Position numbers and translations under genes: made by a program. A DNA stretch of 64,000 bases from Marsupella aquatica (Eukaryota > Plantae > Marchantiophyta): assembly GCA_973895155.1 (NCBI GenBank), contig OZ316899.1:13953934-14017933 (forward strand), given 5' to 3'. Shown one piece after another: positions 36,447 through 47,994 of this stretch (positions are counted from its first letter, which is position 1; the number at the start of each line of letters is the position of its first letter). Under the pieces are notes generated by a model. It did no database searches. It was not told the DNA's origin and saw only the letters and a list, made by a program, of their open reading frames with translations.

Positions 36447-37866
36447 TCATTTGTAATTTGATTCTATATCCACGAGTTCTTTGTCACATTTGGCTAAAGT
36501 AGTCACCTTTCCATTGTAATCGGGATTAGCTAGCCATTCTAGACCATACTCCATCTCCGGCTCTGACGAATCATCCAATGAACCATCCGATGAACCATCG
36601 TTGTCGGGAGAGGTTAAATCCACAATCTGAATTTTAGGTGCAGCACGGGGAACCTTTGTAGATGCCTGTCTACGATGGGGCATGCTTTGAGTCACACTTC
36701 CTTCCAAGGGATTGGCGGAGACCGGGTGGGTTTGCCGTCGCCTAAACACATCGTCGACCCCAGTACGCGTGGTGCGAATTGAACAGATGCGGGTCAAGTA
36801 CTTCCATAGTTGGCGGATGGAGACCCACCCGGGCCTGCAACATGCACCAACCTTCTCCTCCTCCTTGGGGGGCGCGTACTTCATCTTCTCTTTCTTCCAC
36901 CCTCTTCCAAAGTGGTGATTGCCCGCTCCCTACCACTCCACAATTCTCTACGTCACAGTCACCTCGTGCCACGTTAGAGTCACTTTGAATTCTGGCAGTG
37001 TAGAGCTCCATAGTTTGAGTCAATTCACTCCAATGATTATCTACCTGCCCCGTTGGTATAACGCAAGTGTCATCGACCTCCATTCCTTCCACAATTGATA
37101 TTGTTGGACTAGAATCGACAATTGGCCCTGCTACACTGGGCTCAAAAATTGCGTCACCTGCACAGGCCTCCTCCTGAATTGGCTCTTCTGCACTACTTTC
37201 CACCATTGCTTCGCGGGCCCTACTAAATTGTTGCTGGAAGGCGTTGGTAGAGGCTCCATTTTTTGTGGGAACACTTAGCTCCGATGCCTCGGCCGACAAC
37301 TGTAGTTCTTCGGGTCCTCCCGGTATACCATCATCAGCTGCATTGGACCTCAATGGTAGGAAATCCGCTTTTAGTTCACGATCTCTGTCTGTCCTATGTG
37401 AGTCCACGTGTGGGTCCTCCAAACTATCACAAAACACAAGAGTTTCATTCAGCTCCAGTGTGCATTCCGGTTGCACAGTTGCGATTTGTGCATTTTCTGT
37501 AGAACATTGCAGAGTTGCTTCCGACTCCTTATTAAATTGGGCCTCAACGGAGGCTCCGGCCGTCCAGTGTGCAATTCTAGTCGAAAGAAGACCCACGCAC
37601 AGGACCTCGGCACTGACATGGAACACGGCAGTTTCATTTAGCACCAACTTGCATTCCGCAAGCACATGTCCGACCTCCGCGAGGTTGCTTTGCAAATCTG
37701 CAATCTTTCTTTGTTGCTGCTCCAATTTGAAAGCAAACACTCCACTGCAATCTTGAATTTGTTTTATTTGATCGTAGACAACTCGCATGCAATCTGGCAT
37801 CCTGCTGCCCATTGACAGCAAACTGGCCGCCTGATTGTAGTGAATGGTTTGCGTGGTATGCCCAGA
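36447..37866 (-). pseudogene. Uncharacterised acidic/coiled-coil coding segment, possibly the N-terminus of the SNF2 gene
   Basis: Long ORFs 36742-37914 and 36447-36884 on the same strand directly upstream of SNF2. The 5' end is cut by the LTR at 37867. Confidence 0.4.
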
Positions 37867-40231
37867 TGTCACGCCGTCAGGCCTTAACCCGGGCTTCAAC
37901 TTAGACAGACACATCCTTTGTCAATATGAGGGTTCGGGTAGGGGGGGAGGCACGGAATGCACCTAACTCACATAAACTAACGCTAAGTGCGCCTATTGTC
38001 ATATACGGACACCTCTTAGGTATGGTTTGTGTTCCACCGCCGGAACGTACCTCAGTCGATAACAGGATTGACCCCGGCTTACGGGCTTCTAAGCCTTTGT
38101 GTTGTCCGCCTTTGATCCAGATTTGATGGTATGGATACTCAACCCGGGCTTGCAACCACTTACCCGCAAGCTGCACCCCGTGCACGACTTGGGTAGTGCG
38201 TTCGGCCAAGTGTTGGCACCTATACACGAGATTCACACATATACATACGCACAAGCATACAATCTCGATTTACACGAAGGAAATAATGGGAAAGGATTTT
38301 ACTACATAGGAGACATAAGCGTACACTTAGTTGACCCAAAAGCTCTGGAATGAACAGGTCCGAGGCCGAGGGTGTACACTACAACGGAGCCCGGCTCCGC
38401 ACTCGCCCAACGAGCTTAGTCCTACACCCTCCCCTTGGTACTCTTTCACTCCCAGAGGTCGAGACTCCCCGCACATACCACGAATGTCCAACACTAAGAC
38501 TAAAAATCCCCCTGCCTCTACCGAGGGGTGCACTAAATACTAAGGGCCGAGGAACAAAGTGCCCTCGTGCCCAAAGATTTGCTAACTAAGATCCTAACTA
38601 AGGTGGCTGTCAGGCCAGAAAACGGCTTGTCTTATTAGAAGATCCTAATTTACGCAGGTTGTACAGCATGGCAGTGCAGCTTTAACTAGGGCAGGTGCTT
38701 GTCCCTATAGCCTAATTTAACTACTCCTACTCTATTTTAATTGTACTCTGCCGCTATTGCCTAGCACGCTTGCCAGAGCTGCCTGAGTGGGAGCGGCTAT
38801 CCCGCTGCCTTCTGAGCCTGTCGGCGTCCTGCTTGAGTAGCTGGACCTGGTCTAGCAGAGATCCGTTCTCCGGCTTTGCCGCATCTACCTCTTCCGCGGC
38901 CTCCTAGCATGCTTCCTCCAATTGCTGGGTGTCGCTCGTCAGCTTATCCACCAACTGGGCCTGTTTTGTGACTTCTCCTTGAAGCCGTGCCACCTCTGCC
39001 TTCAGGGTGTCAACCTTGGCTGTGTCCCGCCAAGACTTGGAGTCAGCTTCCTCTAGATCCTTTTGCCAACTGACGGCTTGCCCCTTCAAACCGTCAATCT
39101 TTATCCGGAGCCACGCGATCTTGGCATCCTTTCCAAGCCTGGCCTGTACTACTAATGCTGCTTGGGCCCTAGCCTCGACAACCTGGTCCTCCGTGGCCGT
39201 TACCTGAGGCCGTAGTTGGTGGAGTTCAGCCTCCAGGGTTGCCACTTCGTCCTTCAGGTAGGCAGACTCAACCTGATATTGCTCTATTCTCTGCGCTGTC
39301 TCTGCCTGCGCATGTCCAGCCCTTACTGCCACAACCAACTCCTGGTTGAAGAAGTAGGCCACCCTCCAGGCCATGTATTCCCCGGTGTCCCGAGAGATTT
39401 GTTGCAAGAAATCTCCCAACAACCCGTTCAAAATGTGCCCGGCGCAAAGAGTTCCGGATGCTCTAGACTGTGTCCTTCTGGATTCGGGCACAGGCAGACT
39501 CCAACTCGTGCCGGAGTAGGAGTGAACACATCCAGCCCTTGAGGTAAGTCGATCGAAGGGGCTGGTTCCACTGGAGGTGGGCGGTTCTCCTGCACCACCG
39601 CGGGGGGTGGCAAAATCCCCTCGGCTACCGTGGCATCTGCTTTGGGTACGGCTTCATCCGGCCCGACTTTGATTGCATTGTCCCGATTGATTGCGTCTAA
39701 GGTCGCAATAACGTCAATGGGTATGCCTAGCGGGGCGGCAGCGGCTAGTTGCGGGGCCAGGGTAGCAGGACTTGCAGCTGCCAGACTTTGGGCCTCGGGC
39801 TGCGGTTGCCTCACCTGGGTTGGGAACACCCATTTTGGCGGGGTCAGCTCGGGCTCGTTGAGATGCGGGAGGCTCCGACGGTCAAAATGAACGTACCACT
39901 TGATGATGATTTTGATGTGGCTAGCAAAGTACGCCCTTCTGCCAATGTACAAAGTCTTCCTTCTCCGCTCCATCTCCTCGTGGAACTTCTTGACGAAGAA
40001 GGATTCCCACTTCCTGGGCCGATAGTTCTCCACCTGGATGAACTGAGCGGCCGATATTTCTCCTCTGGGTTCCATCATGTGGAGGGCATACCGCTGGAAC
40101 TCCAGGCGTTTTGCTACCTCCGGGATGAGGCACGTCCTCATTAAGAACCCATTGTCCACTACCCCCTTGGCCGGGAAGCTAGATGACTGGTATTTAGCTC
40201 CCTTGCCCCCAAGAGCTCGCGATTCTACCCG
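37867..40231 (-). mobile_element. LTR fragment (family C) truncated by the CACTA at 40232
   Basis: Begins TGTCACGCC and carries a homolog of the LTR-borne gene. The remainder is expected beyond the CACTA. Confidence 0.6.
38800..40231 (-). pseudogene. LTR-borne protein family, copy C
   Basis: NGFLMRTCLIPEVAKRLEFQRYALHMMEPRGEISAAQ aligns with NGFFRNTCTNPHIGEMIDFLRVTMHCNLPRAEIGKAQ, followed by a Pro-rich linker and coiled coil (38904-39491). Confidence 0.75.
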
Positions 40232-41834
40232 CACTAGAAGAATCCAAGGTGAACTGAGACCGCAATATGTGACTCATTTTGGCTCATGTGACTTAATTGT
40301 GACACAATGTGACTTGACCCACGCTGTGACCCTTGGAGTTGCAAAAGTTGAGACCAAAAAATGGAAGTCACTATTGATACTGGGCTTTGTGACTTGCTTG
40401 ATACCCATTTGTGACTAATCTGTGACTTTATTGTGGAGTCTAGCCTTGTTTCTACGTGACTGCAAATGACTTTGACGAGTCACATGGTAAGTCACACACA
40501 TGACTTACCCGCATTCAACACGACTAGCGTGTGACCATTTAGTGTCACAGGAGAGACCAATGGAGACCCTGGCCCGGGTCACACAATAGAACCATTTGGG
40601 ACTCTATATACTCATGTTTATAACTAATAAGGTTCACATGCAAGTTGTAACCATGACTAATGAACATAGAGGGACAGTTCATAAGGAGAGAGAGCACTCC
40701 ACATTACAATACATAGAAACCTGATGTTCTAACTTTAGAAATATAACACATTGAATACAAGAAATGAACATAGCATGAATGACATTCACATGAAACAAAG
40801 CATCATATAAGGAGATCCTACACAAAACATAAATAAGAATTAAACAGCTTCAAGAAAAATTCTTCAAACATACATACCTGTAGCTCTGCCTATAGATGCC
40901 TGTGCAGGGACTGCACTCTGGAATTGTTGCGACCCTGGACCACCTGTCCAACCTAGTACAGGGGCTGGATGATGTCACTTTCTAGGTATGTGGCTGCAAA
41001 CATATGTACTGAAAACGTAGTACAAACTATAGGAAAACATATGAACATTCACCAACATACCTGGCCCCCTTCTGTGCTGCATCTGCATAGGGGCATTAGT
41101 GAATACTTGAGTCGATGGTTTGACTGTCCAACCTGCACACATACATTTTCTATTATTATACATGTGCAGAATCCCCCCATGTCAATGGACTCCACATATA
41201 ATGAGTTCTTCCATTGTTGACAAGATCAGACATTACCTGCCCCTCTTCCAGCATTTGTAGGTACTGTATTTTGAAATCCCTGCCAATTACCTTTACCACC
41301 TTCCCAACCTTGTTCATTCCACGACCCACCACCATCCTCCCAACCTGGTTCAACCCATGTCTGTCCTTGTGGACATTGGAACTGATCATTACCAGCATTT
41401 GCCCAATCAGGTTGGGCAGAATCTGCATGCAATGGCAGGTGGATAGAATTTCATCTAGTCTGAATCCAATACATCCCAAACAATGTCAAAAATTGATATG
41501 CAGTCTGAAATTCAGGAGTGCCATGCCTTCACAAATAACTGGCATATAGATATATACTCACATCCCCATGGTTGAGGTGGACGTCCATACCCACGAGACT
41601 ATGGGTTTGGACCTGCTCTGCCTCTACCACGGGCATAACCTAGAGCTTGCCCCCTGCCATAGTATTGGGCACCAGCCTCGGATCTACCACTACTACCACC
41701 TTGCCAACCTTGATCAGAGGTCAGGCCCCCCTGTTGGTATGGTGCATGCACAGGCTTTGCAGGCAAAACAGAACTGGCAGGACACTGCATCACATCACCA
41801 ACTACAATGTCAGGAACTAAGCAAGGTACATAGG

Positions 41835-44251
41835 TGTGACGCCAATGACATGGTCCTTATTTTGTAATCTGATTAAGTAGGTTGCTGTATGCAAGGAGTA
41901 GCTATTGATATTACATAACAATTAGCAAGATGGCAAGAATAAGGGCAATCATGGCGTTAAGAGTAGGGAAATAAAAGCTATGTCGCAGGTGATCGGTGAC
42001 CATATCTCTTTCAATATGTCACCAAATCCGGATCTGTAAAGAGCATTGGAAAGATCTGGTCAAGGCGAGTAAAATCGATATAAAACACTCGGGAAACAGA
42101 GGTGTATTAAGAAAGATACGGCCTGATTAGTGTGACGGGTTAACTTGTGGCCGGAATTAGCGGATTCGGCTTCAGTTTCGGGTTAACCCAAGCTCGACCA
42201 CGGCTTAGCTTAGCTCAGGTCAGCACGGCTTCAGCTTAGCTTAGGTAAGCACGGCTTCAGCTTATCTCAGGTAAGAACGGCTTCAGCTTAGCTCAGGTCA
42301 GCACGGCTTCAGCTTAGCTTAGGTCAACACGGCTTCAGCTTAGCTCAGGTTAGCATAGGTAAGCTCGGATTCGGGCTCAGCTTAGGCTAGGTTAGCGGAT
42401 AGCGGATAGCGGGTAGTGGCCTAACCCGAGACCATGGGTTAGCTCTACTCGGGTTAGATAGGATAGCTAGGTTAGCCAAACTCGGGTTAGCTATGTAACT
42501 CGGGTTAGCGCAGCAGTGAGTACCCCCTCTCGGTTGCGGGGGCATAACTCTCTATGTATTTGACCAAATCGGCTATAATTGACCTCGTTGGAAAGAGGAG
42601 CTCAAGCCGCTTCCAACGCTGCTATCCACGCAGAAAATGGTTAAATAGAGAAATCGGGAGAGGAGGCGCAAGCTCGCGAAAACCATGGAGGAGGGCCGAA
42701 TCCGAAGTACATAGCCAATTCGAGATAGAAATAAAGTTGCGAGTTAGGGTTCAGTAGTTAGAGATAGTGGCGGCTCTGTTAGGGCTGGGATGGGGCTCCA
42801 GCAGCGTAGTACCCAGCCATTTGGGCTCAGTATGAGAGTATATAGAGCAGCCCCCCGGTAGAGAGGGGGGGGGACTTCAGTTGTGTGATCTCACTTAGAC
42901 TGAGCAGCGGGGAGGAGCTTTGTGCAAGCAAGGCTGGACTTGGACGCTGCGTGTTGGGGAGAGCTTGGTTGTGCTATTACTCAGGGAGTAATCAGCCAAG
43001 CTTCACAGCAACGGGTTGCTAGGTTTGCGAGCTGGATTGTGGCTCTTTCTAGTGGGCAGCACAACTGGGTTCTTTTCCCCCGATACAGAGCCTTGGTGAT
43101 AGGTGATGTATTGGTGATTGTAAACTGTGGGGAGGATTTCAATTCGATTTGCGGTGGGCACATTAGGGAGGCTGAGGTACTGATTAAGGGGCAGCAGGAG
43201 GAGCATTTACAGTTCAGTCTGGCAAGGCTACGTGATCCATGGGGAGTCCCGGCCTTTGTCTGGTGGAGAGCACTAAGGGATCTATGGCCAGAGCTGAGCT
43301 TGCAGGGCAAGCATGAGGCCGGGCCTCATTGCAGTCTGGGGTAGATCGCCGTTAGGCCTGGTACCAGCTTTGAAGTCGAGTCAACTATGCATGCGTAACT
43401 TGACGTTCTGAATTGGAGGTGTGAGATCTGTATGTGCCCCCAAGAATGAAGTGCAGTGAAGGAGGTTGAGTTCAGGATTGAGTTTGCAAGGCAAGTACGG
43501 GATTGGTTCGAGTCCAATCTGCCGTCGCAATCTGGAGTGAGCCGGGCTCAGGTTCAGGATTGAGCTTGCATGGCAAGCACGGGGCTTGCGGGGCAAGCAC
43601 GTCACAATCTGGAGGAGACAGCCTTCGGCCCTAGTATTCGGATCAAGTGTTCTCAGTGAACTATTGTGCACATCTTTGAATCTAATTGAGTTTTCCTCTC
43701 AGGCCTCATTTCTCTCATGGATGTGTGTGTGTGTGAGGCAATCTGAGTGTATGATGGAACTAGCAGCGCCACTGAGAGGTGTACCGGGTGCATTGAAGCG
43801 GGCTGGGTGAGGACTGTCATAGCTCTGATTGTTGAGAGTGGAATGGCAGAGTGGTGGGGCAATGGCTTAGAAGTCCCTAAGCCGGGAATCAGTCAGGAGT
43901 CACTGGTTTATGGGTACATTCCGGCGGCGGAATAGAAACATACCTATGACAGTAAGCATATGTATAGACCTATGCGCACCGTAGCGCTAGGCCCTGTGTG
44001 TACGGGCCCGATATGAAGACCCCTTCTCACCAGAACTATCATGAGCGCAGATCTGATCCCCAACCTCGGTTCCTTGGGATTGAGCTTGGGTGATGTGTGA
44101 TAGAGTCTTGCTATGATAGTCTGGTGTTAAGGGCATAAACTGGTGTTTACCGGCATTCACAACATCCCTTCGTGATCCTCAGGTACAAGGAGATGGTTTT
44201 GGCACCCATAGTGACGTTTTTGGTGTTAAGACCCATGTCAATCGCGTGACA
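41835..44251. mobile_element. Solo LTR (2417 bp)
   Basis: TGTGACG...CGTGACA ends with TSD ATAGG (41830-41834 and 44252-44256); TATA-like box near 42840. Confidence 0.88.
42199..42353 (+). repeat. 26-bp tandem repeat CACGGCTTCAGCTTAGCTCAGGTCAG, 6 copies
   Basis: Units start at 42199, 42224, 42250, 42276, 42302 and 42328. Confidence 0.93.
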
Positions 44252-44961
44252 ATAGGGTGTAGTACTGAACATATGAAACTTCTCAACAAGAGTTTTTAAC
44301 TCTAAACCTAGCTTGTTGGGAAAACTACTTACCTGTTTCTTTTGGGGCTGCTCTGCAATGTATTCATCTTCATAACCCCCATCTCATCCATTTCCTTTGG
44401 AAAATACTCATCATCTGCATCTTCTTGTCTAGTGTCTGCACCCACTTGCGCAGCATCCATGTCATCTCCACATTTTGCCATTGTAGGTACGACCTTCTTG
44501 CTCAACCTGTCACTCCGACGCACGGGCCCAGAGATAGTGTTGGTCACCCTTCTTGCATACTCCTTCTGTTTCTTTGAAAAACCTGCTGCTCTACGACATT
44601 CCAATATGAGAATACAGTCACAATTTCAGTGCCACATTGAACTATTCATGTCACACAAACTCAGCGGAGGGGTGTAGTTGAGAATCGTTCCCTTACAATT
44701 CAGCCGCATCCTTTTCCAGATCCAGTTCTGCAATTTTGGCTTTCACGTATGCTCGTTGTTCCATAGCTTTCCTTTCATACTCACACATCTCTGTGTCACT
44801 CTGTTCCATCCTACTGGACCACAAAAACATGTCATCTATGGTCACCCCGTATAACACAATGCAACCACAATCACCAGGCATCCATCCATACATCTGTGTT
44901 GCTTCATAATTACTTTATTACACATCCCCTCACTAATGTCCATGCAAACAATTCATATTAC

Positions 44962-46970
44962 TCATGGCACAGGCACACTGTTGGCATCTGCATCTCTGAA
45001 TTTGCCTCCTTCAGCAAATGCATCTACCCTTGTCACAAGAATGAAGTCTCCGCTATCATGAACTACAGGCACTTGGTCTGAATGCCGACGATCAAAGGCA
45101 CTATGAGAGTGTAAATGAAACTCAAGGTTTGATCCTTCCATCCGACGTTGCCTGGCCTGTTTATGACACACTACACGCCAACCTGGGGAGTCTTCCACAT
45201 CCAGGAAGAAAGCTTGCTCCACTTGGCTGGGAAACACAAATGGCTCAGACCATTTGGGCAATTTCCCTCTGAAATTGGCCAGCAAGAAACCATTGTTGTC
45301 TCTCTTCATGGTAGCTCTATTACCAAGCCAATCCTGCCACACCCATGAACCTTTCATAAGAATCATAGGACTGGACACCGCCCCATAGTCCAGAGCCCAT
45401 ATGTCAACTAATTCTCCCACATATCCCATCTCCATCCAAGCCCTGTCATGATTGTGGCTCTGTTGCTCAAATACAGTGATGAGCCCACAATCATTTGTCA
45501 CCCTGTAGGCACTGTCACCATCCTTCACTCGAAAGTGATTCCCATATGCTCTCATCCGTTTGTAAGTCTTCACTTTCAGGCTAGGGGCATTAGACAGTAG
45601 GTAAACGTCTGCATCCATGTCTGGGTGGGTCTCGTGATGCTCTCTAATTGCCACTCTAATCCACTCCATGAAACATGGAAAAGTTGTTCCTGCAGTGGGA
45701 TGGGCCGCCTTCAATGACTCATACTCCTTGAACAAACAACCACACAGCATTAGCTTGGGTAAATATGAACAGGTTGAAGGAGAAAATCACACGCACACAA
45801 CATTTAAGCTCATGAACTGGATTATAGCACATGTATGCACTCACTGTATCCAGGGTTCCATCACCACAGTGTTGTGCAATACAAAGTCATGTGCCAAGTC
45901 TCTCATAGATGTGGTCAGGTTCTTTGTGGTTGCAGCCCCTTCCAGTACTTGACCTATCACCCCTTCCTCCTCATCAGAATTCCACACCCTGGTCTTCACA
46001 TGCTCATATTGTGCTATGTATTCGGTCAGAAATCCCAGAGTCTCATCCTTGATGTAACCTTTAGCCATGCTTGCTTCAGGTTTGTAATATGTTCTCACAT
46101 GACATTTGAGTAGCTTCATGTACTGTTCCAAAGGGTACAACCAACGAGCACTCACAGGCCCAAATTGGTGTAGCTCTTCCACAACATGGACAAGTAGGTG
46201 GGTCATGACATCAAAAAATGCGGGAGGAAAATAAATCTCCAGGTCACACAGCACCTGAGCAACATCTTCTGTTAGTTGTGGGAAGTGTGTTTCATCCCAA
46301 ACCTTCACACAAATACGACGAAACACATCACTGAGTCGCATGATCACATTACGAACAGGCTTCTGCAACAGGCCCCTCAGACATAAAGGCAACACCTGTT
46401 GCATCAACATATGGTAGTCATGGCTTTTCATACTACCAAGCTTTCTAGTCATGATATGCTTCTTGAAAGCACTGCCATAGTTTGAAGGAACCTTCAAAGA
46501 ACTCAACCTTTGCACAAATAGTTGCCACTCTGTGTCTGTCAGAACATAGGGCGCTTGGTACTTCAAGAGCACATCAGCTCTGTGGGCATGTGGCCTCAAC
46601 CAAAGATGGGGTTTCATTCCCCTCTGTTCAAGATCCAATCTCACTGAACCAGTGTCTTTCTCTCCACACAAGAATCTGAGTAGACTCTCACAAATATTCT
46701 TCTCAATGTGCATAACATCAATGTTATGTTTGCTTGGCTCAAACTCCTGCACCGTTGCAATGCAAAAGCGTCAGCAAATGCCTCAAGTTTAGTCTCTCTC
46801 TTCGAAATGAATGCACATGCTCTGAACCAAAACATGTATCCCAATTAGCATCAACTCCAAGAGGCTTACCCTCCAATACTTGAGCTCCAAGTCCAATATG
46901 CTCAGTCTTTTTACACCATATCGCTTTATTGGATCACTCACTCCATCTTCCCTGCCCCCTCGTTTGATAT
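44962..46970 (-). pseudogene. CACTA TnpD 3' part (DUF4218/DUF4216-like)
   Basis: HNIDVMHIEKNICE, MKSHDYH, FPPAFFDVMTHLLVH, GPVSARWLYP.E.YM..LK, EPFVFPSQVEQAF. Confidence 0.93.
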
Positions 46971-47269
46971 CACTAGAAGAAAACTTGTGTTTTACTACTA
47001 TAGGCCTTGCAACTACTTTGCCTAAACAACCCATATATGGTGTCAACCAGTATTTCCTTAATGGGTTGTAATAATCTGCATTTTATGACTATACTTAGAA
47101 CTTTGTTACCTTAATCATTGATTACAACTCTTCTTTTTGCCACTAAAACTTAGATCACTTGAATTAGAGTTGTATATTACACAAATTTACAAATCACTAC
47201 AATCCACCATCCATTACACCGTCGATGTTTACAACTCTATTTTCAACTAAGATTTTACCACTGGCCAAA

Positions 47270-47970
47270 ACCACTACAAATACAAGTACCACCAATATTT
47301 GAATGGTAAAGGTGATTTTTCAATCAACTCCCAATCAAGTCAATCATTTCCAAGTGACCTTAATTACTTGAAATAATGTCATTTGTGAACACACCTTTTG
47401 TTACTATAAATATCACCAATAGTGGAGTCACAAATAAATTTTGGCAAAATCACTTAAAAATATTTGAGTGACAAGGACATTTTTACAAACAACTTAAGAT
47501 TGAGTGGATTAGTTGTCACTGTCCAAAATCTCTTTAAATAAAGTCATTATTATCACAAATTGTACGACTACAAATGCCACTAATATTAGAGTCCAGTAAA
47601 TATTATTTGATGTAACTTCAGACCAAGTGCACATCCTCCATAGTCCAAAATCACTCTAAAGAATGTCATTCTTTTCATACATTTTAGCGACTCCAAATGC
47701 CACTAAGAGTAGAGTGCCAGTGCGGGGCCTTGCAAATGACTTGAAATGAAGTGGATCATTTTCCATTCTCAGAAATCACTATGAATAATGTCATCCTTTA
47801 AATACATTTTGCAACTACAAATGCCACCAACATTAGAGTGTCAAAACAGTTTTGACAAATGATTGAAAATTCAACGGATTATTTTGTCATGTCCAAAACC
47901 TCTCCCAATGAAGTCATTATCAAAAAACATTTTCAGTCAAGATATGAATGTCACCATAATATAGTTGCAA
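47270..47970 (+). repeat. Degenerate ~120-160-bp subterminal repeats (ACTACAAATGCCAC core)
   Basis: Core recurs at ~47275, 47403, 47566, 47689 and 47813. Confidence 0.7.
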
Positions 47971-47994
47971 ATAAATTTTATTTTACAACTTGTA

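Larger units (their letters stand above)
40870..44810 (-). pseudogene. Spliced CACTA accessory gene (YE-R / RRSxRL motifs, GW-rich tail), split by a solo LTR
   Basis: MEQSDTEMCEYERKAMEQRAYVKAKIAELDL, GPVRRSDRL, QGWQGG and PGWEDGGGSWNEQGWEGGKGNW; GT-AG-like boundaries. Confidence 0.5.

Noticed and set aside
19210-40850. ~500-bp inverted repeat pair as the TIRs of one 21-kb element
   Set aside because: The CACTA terminus at 40232 faces right and the 19.2-19.7 kb copy faces left, so they are ends of two separate related elements.
42922-43935. ORFs in the 2.4-kb solo LTR as a fourth LTR-borne gene
   Set aside because: They are short, on both strands, and show no similarity to the conserved domain or coiled coil.
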